Source: Octopus bimaculoides
Taxonomy: Eukaryota
NCBI RefSeq assembly: GCF_001194135.2
Contig: NC_068989.1
Span: forward strand, 26,663,516 to 26,703,784
Direction: 5' to 3'
DNA: 40,269 bases
Positions 35,541-40,269 of the stretch are shown one piece after another. The notes under the pieces are model-generated. The model was not told the DNA's origin and ran no database searches. It was given only the letters and a program-made list of their open reading frames with translations. Made by a program: the position numbers and the translations under genes. Positions within the stretch are counted from its first letter, which is position 1. Each line of letters opens with the position of its first letter.

Positions 35541-35882
35541 TATTTTCTCTTTATATATATCTATATATATACTGTAAAATTATAATTCAGCGAAGGACAT
35601 ACTGAGTTTTTCTACCTGCTGGAAATAACAGTAAAGAATATTCTTATTTAAATCGACAAAATACACTGATTATAAGTACAGAAATCAATCGTCTGAAGGC
35701 TAGTGTGCTAAGACAATCTCTCAGCACACGTTCAAGGATTTGGACTCAAGTTGACCGGTTTCTGGACTGGCATAATAGCATGCGTTACCATGAAAGAGAG
35801 CCCCAATCCGTCACGCTGAAGTGTCAGTTGCAACTAATTCGTTTTGCGCCGAATTAATAATATAATAGAATCAATAATATAG
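35541..35882 (-). repeat. 342-bp repeat X, copy 2
   Basis: Offset 2646 bp from copy 1; GAAACCGGUC on the minus strand at 35753-35762. Confidence 0.85.
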
Positions 35883-36097
35883 GCAATTGCAGGTCCCAAA
35901 TAAGGCGTTAAATACATGAATGATTAAATTTGATTAAAAGACATACTAACTCTGTGTACTTATCATTTTGAAAAGATTACACTAGATAATAATGGAGACA
36001 ATGCTATCTTCGCAAACTATTTTTCTCCTGAATTATTTGCTCTGTATTCAAATTATTTTCGCACTGGTGGCTGCTATGATTCAACGCAAAACGAATC

Positions 36098-36340
36098 AGT
36101 TGAAGCGCAGACATCAGCTGACAGGTTTGGGCTCTCTTTAATGGTAACGCGTGCTGAGGAAGTTAAGGCTGTTATGCCAGTCCAGAAATCGGTCCACGTG
36201 AGTCCAAATACTTGAATGTATGCTGAGAGATTTCTGTAGTTATTATCAGTGTATTTTGGCGATTTCAATAAGAGTGTTGACTGTTATTTCCAGCAAGCAG
36301 GCATACTTAGTATGTCCTTTGATTAATTTTAATCCTTCAG
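36098..36340 (+). mobile_element. Diverged, oppositely oriented copy of family D pseudo-LTR
   Basis: Aligns with the reverse complement of repeat X from GGGCTCTCTTT through ACTGTTATTTCCAGCA and AGTATGTCCTT. Confidence 0.75.
36148..36200 (+). ncRNA. Type I hammerhead motif, core present, stem II degenerate
   Basis: CGCGUG CUGAGGA aguuaaGGC uguuau GCCagucca GAAA UCG GUC CACGUG: 6-bp stem I and both core strands present; proximal stem II unpaired; stem III palindrome broken by one C to U change. Confidence 0.6.
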
Positions 36341-36489
36341 CTACTTATGTTTTTTCGGGTGAAGGTGGGGGGGGGGTGCAATCGCCTATGTTATTGTTTC
36401 TGTTATTATCATTTTTAAATTGTTACACTAAATAATAATAGAGTCAATGATATATTCGCAAATTATTTTCTTGTGAATTATTTGCTCCG

Positions 36490-36527
<38 letters not shown>

Positions 36528-38609
36528 GATATGTGTGTTTGTATGCATATATATATATATGTGTGTGTGTTTGTATGTATAAATATATATATATATGTAT
36601 GTATGTATATATATTTATATATGTATGTGTGCGTATATGTATGCATGTATATGAATGTGTGTGTGTATGTATGTATATGTGTATGTAGGGAGACATTAAA
36701 GAAAATGCCTTGAAAATTCAGAACACTCTTACTTTAGAAAACATCATTATAATAATGTTAAATACTTTGATATAAAATATCAACTCGGTGAACATTCTTG
36801 AATTCGTAATGCAAAATCGCTGAACAAGATAAAACCTTCAATGCAGAGCGATTTACGGAATTATATCTGCCAAAGAATTCAACAGTTTGCAGATTAGCTC
36901 TACTATTATGTGCGTTTGTGATTCAGAAATATATTGCACTTAGATTCTCAGCATTAAGTGTGGTTTAGGCGTGTTGAATCTGAACAAATTTAATTTGACA
37001 GACGTCAGTAAGCAAATAAATGTAACTACATAACCATTAAAGCCAGTTCCAGTATTTTAGCATTTTAGTCCATGATTGCAAAGCAAATATTTCGTTGATC
37101 CATACATTTTTCGAGGTAAGCTCAGTTTATCTAGTTTCAGGAGTAAATAGAATATCATTAGATTAAGAAATTATTCCATCATTCGTAAAATACTATACTG
37201 CAGATTATATACATTTACATGTATTCTATTTATTTATTTTGGATGAATATAAATAGATCTTGGACAACACAAATTCGTGTTATAAAAAATAAACATTTTA
37301 CAGATGGAGTCTTCCAGAAATACTAAACGAAAATTATTAGTATTTTAATTTATACCCACCTTTTGAATTTAAGAAAGAATACACCGTTAAAATTTTAATT
37401 TGTAATAGATGTATAATTTTTCGAATTGCTAATACATTTTATGAAGAAGATTAAAACGTCGATAAGGTTCTGTGAATTGCTAATTGTCTTCGCATGGAGT
37501 AGTGAGGGATTTTGCGGCGGTCTTAAAGCCGAGTCACAACATTGGAAAATAATGCTCTAGAAGCCAGGAGAGACTAACAGACTACATCATAGGAGACATT
37601 ATGTATCTCGAAACCAGCCTCATTAATAAGTATTCATATTTTGATGCGCTTCCATACTATTCACCCGTGTTACCATTCGTATTTATAATGTTTAACGTTT
37701 AATCAGAATGATTTCGAAGCTAATATTAATTGAATACTCACCTTTCACCTTGTTGAATGCTTAATTGATATATAAAATGTTAGCAACGACATGGAATTGA
37801 ACAATATCTCATACTATTTTTCACTTCAATATTTTCTGTCAAGTCTTTGCTAATAATAACCGTTTATTTAGCATTGAGCCAATTTCTGTTATCTTCTGTT
37901 TTCATACAAATATCTATTCATTATATTCCTTTAGCTATTTTAAATTACGAAGTCAGTCATTCATTTGTACTTTATTCAGTAGTTTCATACATTTTCTTCT
38001 TCCTGTATCCCTTTCGATAAATATGAATAGTCTCTGCATTTTAGTTTCTTGTCTTTATGGTATTTCCTCTTATCGCTATATTCTTAATATTCAATGTCTT
38101 CCACTTCTATTTGCTTCCTTCTTCATATCAACATCGTTCTGTATTAATTCATTCGTTCTCTTAGGTAACTTACAATCAATTTCCATAATCCAATCTTTTG
38201 TTGTCACATATTTTCTTTATCTTTAATAGAAAGAATCAGTTCTGAAGTGCTTAGAGAGACAAGGCGGAGGAGCTGGGGTAGGGGAGGGAAAGAGAGGGAG
38301 AGGGGAGGAAATAGAAACAGTTCTGGCAACTGAACAGATATAAAGAAACACCGAAGTTGTAAGGTTTGTCTGCAATTTGTTTGCGCTAACCCCACTCCCA
38401 TCCTCAGATAATTCTCGAGTATGTGTCTACATGTTTGTTTCTGCTAATCTTCTAAGTCAGACAAGACATTATCTCCTCTTTTGGATAATGTCCACGAAGG
38501 ATAAACTTATATTCCCATTATATCATTATTATATCAAATCCATGGTGTGTGTATATGTATATACATATATGTATGTATCTGTGTAAATACACACACGCAC
38601 ACGCACACG

Positions 38610-38647
<38 letters not shown>

Positions 38648-38683
38648 NNNNNNNNNNAACTGGCAATATGACCATCCCCAAGT

Positions 38684-38730
<47 letters not shown>

Positions 38731-39104
38731 TCGCACGTAGCAGTGAGAGAATAATATTCTTAAGGTCAACTTTTCCTAACTCGCGGACAATTTGATGCTT
38801 TACCACTAATTCAGTGTTAGCTGAATTTTAAATCTGCTTTTTTGCACTATGATGAAACAGTGGTAAGCAACATTTTGACATAGAATAATTAGAATGCGGT
38901 TCTACAGAAAAATAGCTTATGATGAAATATATAGGGTCAAAAGTGGGAGAATAACGTTTGATATTTATTTTGACTCGTAATATCTCAGTTATTTAAAAAG
39001 CACACTATACTTTAATCATATCTTTCTAAAAGAACTCGATGAGGAGAATATTTTGTTGAAGTCGTCATTAAAAGAAATGATAGAGAAAAAGTTATGGAAC
39101 TTTA

Positions 39105-39560
39105 AGTAGCCGAGAACTTGGAAAGAATTTGACGGTATAGTATCATAGGAGGCCTTCCATATCCAGTTTCAACTATTGGCTGACTCAAATGGATGGAACA
39201 ATGGGCAAAGATCAGTTCAGCTTGCTACTAGTCTAAAGGGCGCTGCACTAGAGGTACTGAGTAAGTTGTCTGTGGAGGACAGAAGCTGTTATTTTTCACT
39301 AGTTAAAGTGTTAAAGAAAAGATATAGCACTATTTGGCTGAGTGCAGTGTACAGGGTACCATTTCAGACCTGCGTAAGGGCTAACGGAGAATCTCTACAA
39401 CAACCAGCCTAGGAATGTTAAGGTCTTCTTTTGAAAGTGCATTTTATTGACGCTTTGGGTAGTGCAGACTTCAAAGTTCAAGTCAAACAAGTACGGCCGA
39501 ATACCATGCAAGAGGAATTGGTTAAAGCTCTGAAATTTGAGTCGTATGTAAGGTCGAGTA
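39105..39560 (+). mobile_element. Ty3/Gypsy gag remnant
   Basis: EFDG..*EAFHIQFQLLADSNGWNNGQRSVQLATSLKGAALEVL..RY..HFIDAL..VQVKQVRP..ALKFES matches the Gypsy capsid pattern; in-frame stops and a deletion. Confidence 0.8.
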
Positions 39561-39586
39561 CAGGAACATTCCAGGTGGAACATTCC

Positions 39587-40269
39587 AGACACGCGTACAT
39601 TATGTTGGCTTGCACACTGATAGGAAAGGTAATGCTTGCTTCCTAGATATACTAAGACGTTTTGAGCTGGTAGATCCATATAGGTTGGAACATTCGAACA
39701 CTTCATCGTGGACATGGTCAAGCAGTGACGGATCTTCCACGTCATACATAGATAGAATATTAATTGGAAAAGTAGATACAAAGATAGCTTAGTGTCCACA
39801 GTTTTACATGGTCAGCAACAGTGATCACAAAATGGTCACGTGTAAGCTAGACACAGATAAGGTAAATAGAGATCACGGCTACTGGAAACTTAATACATAC
39901 CTTACAGAGACCGGATTAAGATGTTGATCCAGAGGGCACTAAGAGGAGCTATTATTAACAAAAATGGTGGTATGCCCTCAAGCGAGCCATTAAATACGAG
40001 TATATTAGATATAGCGCAGGTCTAGTGGCTAGAGACGCTAGGAAGGGATCAGTACTAGTTAAGGGCTTAGAGGAAGCAATGCGAACTGGCACTGCGGCTT
40101 AGGTGAAGGCCGAGAGGCTGGTTTTAAATCAGTACCTCAAAAACCAACACTTTGGTAGTATTGTCAGGGATAAACAACATGCAATGGGGTGGGTGGGAAT
40201 TACTGCCGCAAGATGGGCCCGAGCGGTGGAAGCTCAGCGTGGCAACAGTGCTACTATTCGACCTTTGAC
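39587..40269 (+). mobile_element. L1/Tx1-clade LINE ORF2 fragment (APE endonuclease C-half), degenerate
   Basis: LVDPYRL..WTWSSSDGSSTSYIDRILI..SDHKMV..GYWKLNT are hallmark L1/Tx1 endonuclease motifs; stops and frameshifts; runs off the window. Confidence 0.88.

Noticed and set aside
39176-39646. Domesticated gag (Arc/PNMA-like) gene
   Set aside because: In-frame stops and an internal deletion indicate a dead retrotransposon fragment.

Overview
AT-rich eukaryotic, repeat-dominated window with 12 N-gaps, most of them next to (AT)n/(GT)n tracts. Its SINE and transposon families look like those of octopus (recognised from memory, not searched). No host protein-coding gene can be supported. Contents: decayed Penelope-like elements (PLEs; fragments at 5625-6795, 7398-8110, 13480-13975, 33583-34791), several RTE-clade LINE fragments, L1/Tx1-like fragments, a Ty3/Gypsy gag remnant, a DD37D (maT) Tc1/mariner remnant, two foldback/MITE-like elements and tRNA-derived SINE copies. 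The strongest signals are outside the ORF track. (1) Four dissimilar PLE pseudo-LTR families carry type I hammerhead ribozyme motifs with palindromic stem III (seven motifs in all). One, at 12687-12762 on the minus strand, has a fully canonical core and all three helices; the rest show point decay or a clean deletion of the core. (2) An RTE-clade LINE at about 19527-21112 has the geometry of a twin-priming 5' inversion. (3) A 141-bp inverted repeat at 9417-9800 has one mismatch. (4) A 342-bp near-identical direct repeat brackets a PLE and may be either biology or an assembly artefact. All alignments and identities were done by eye.
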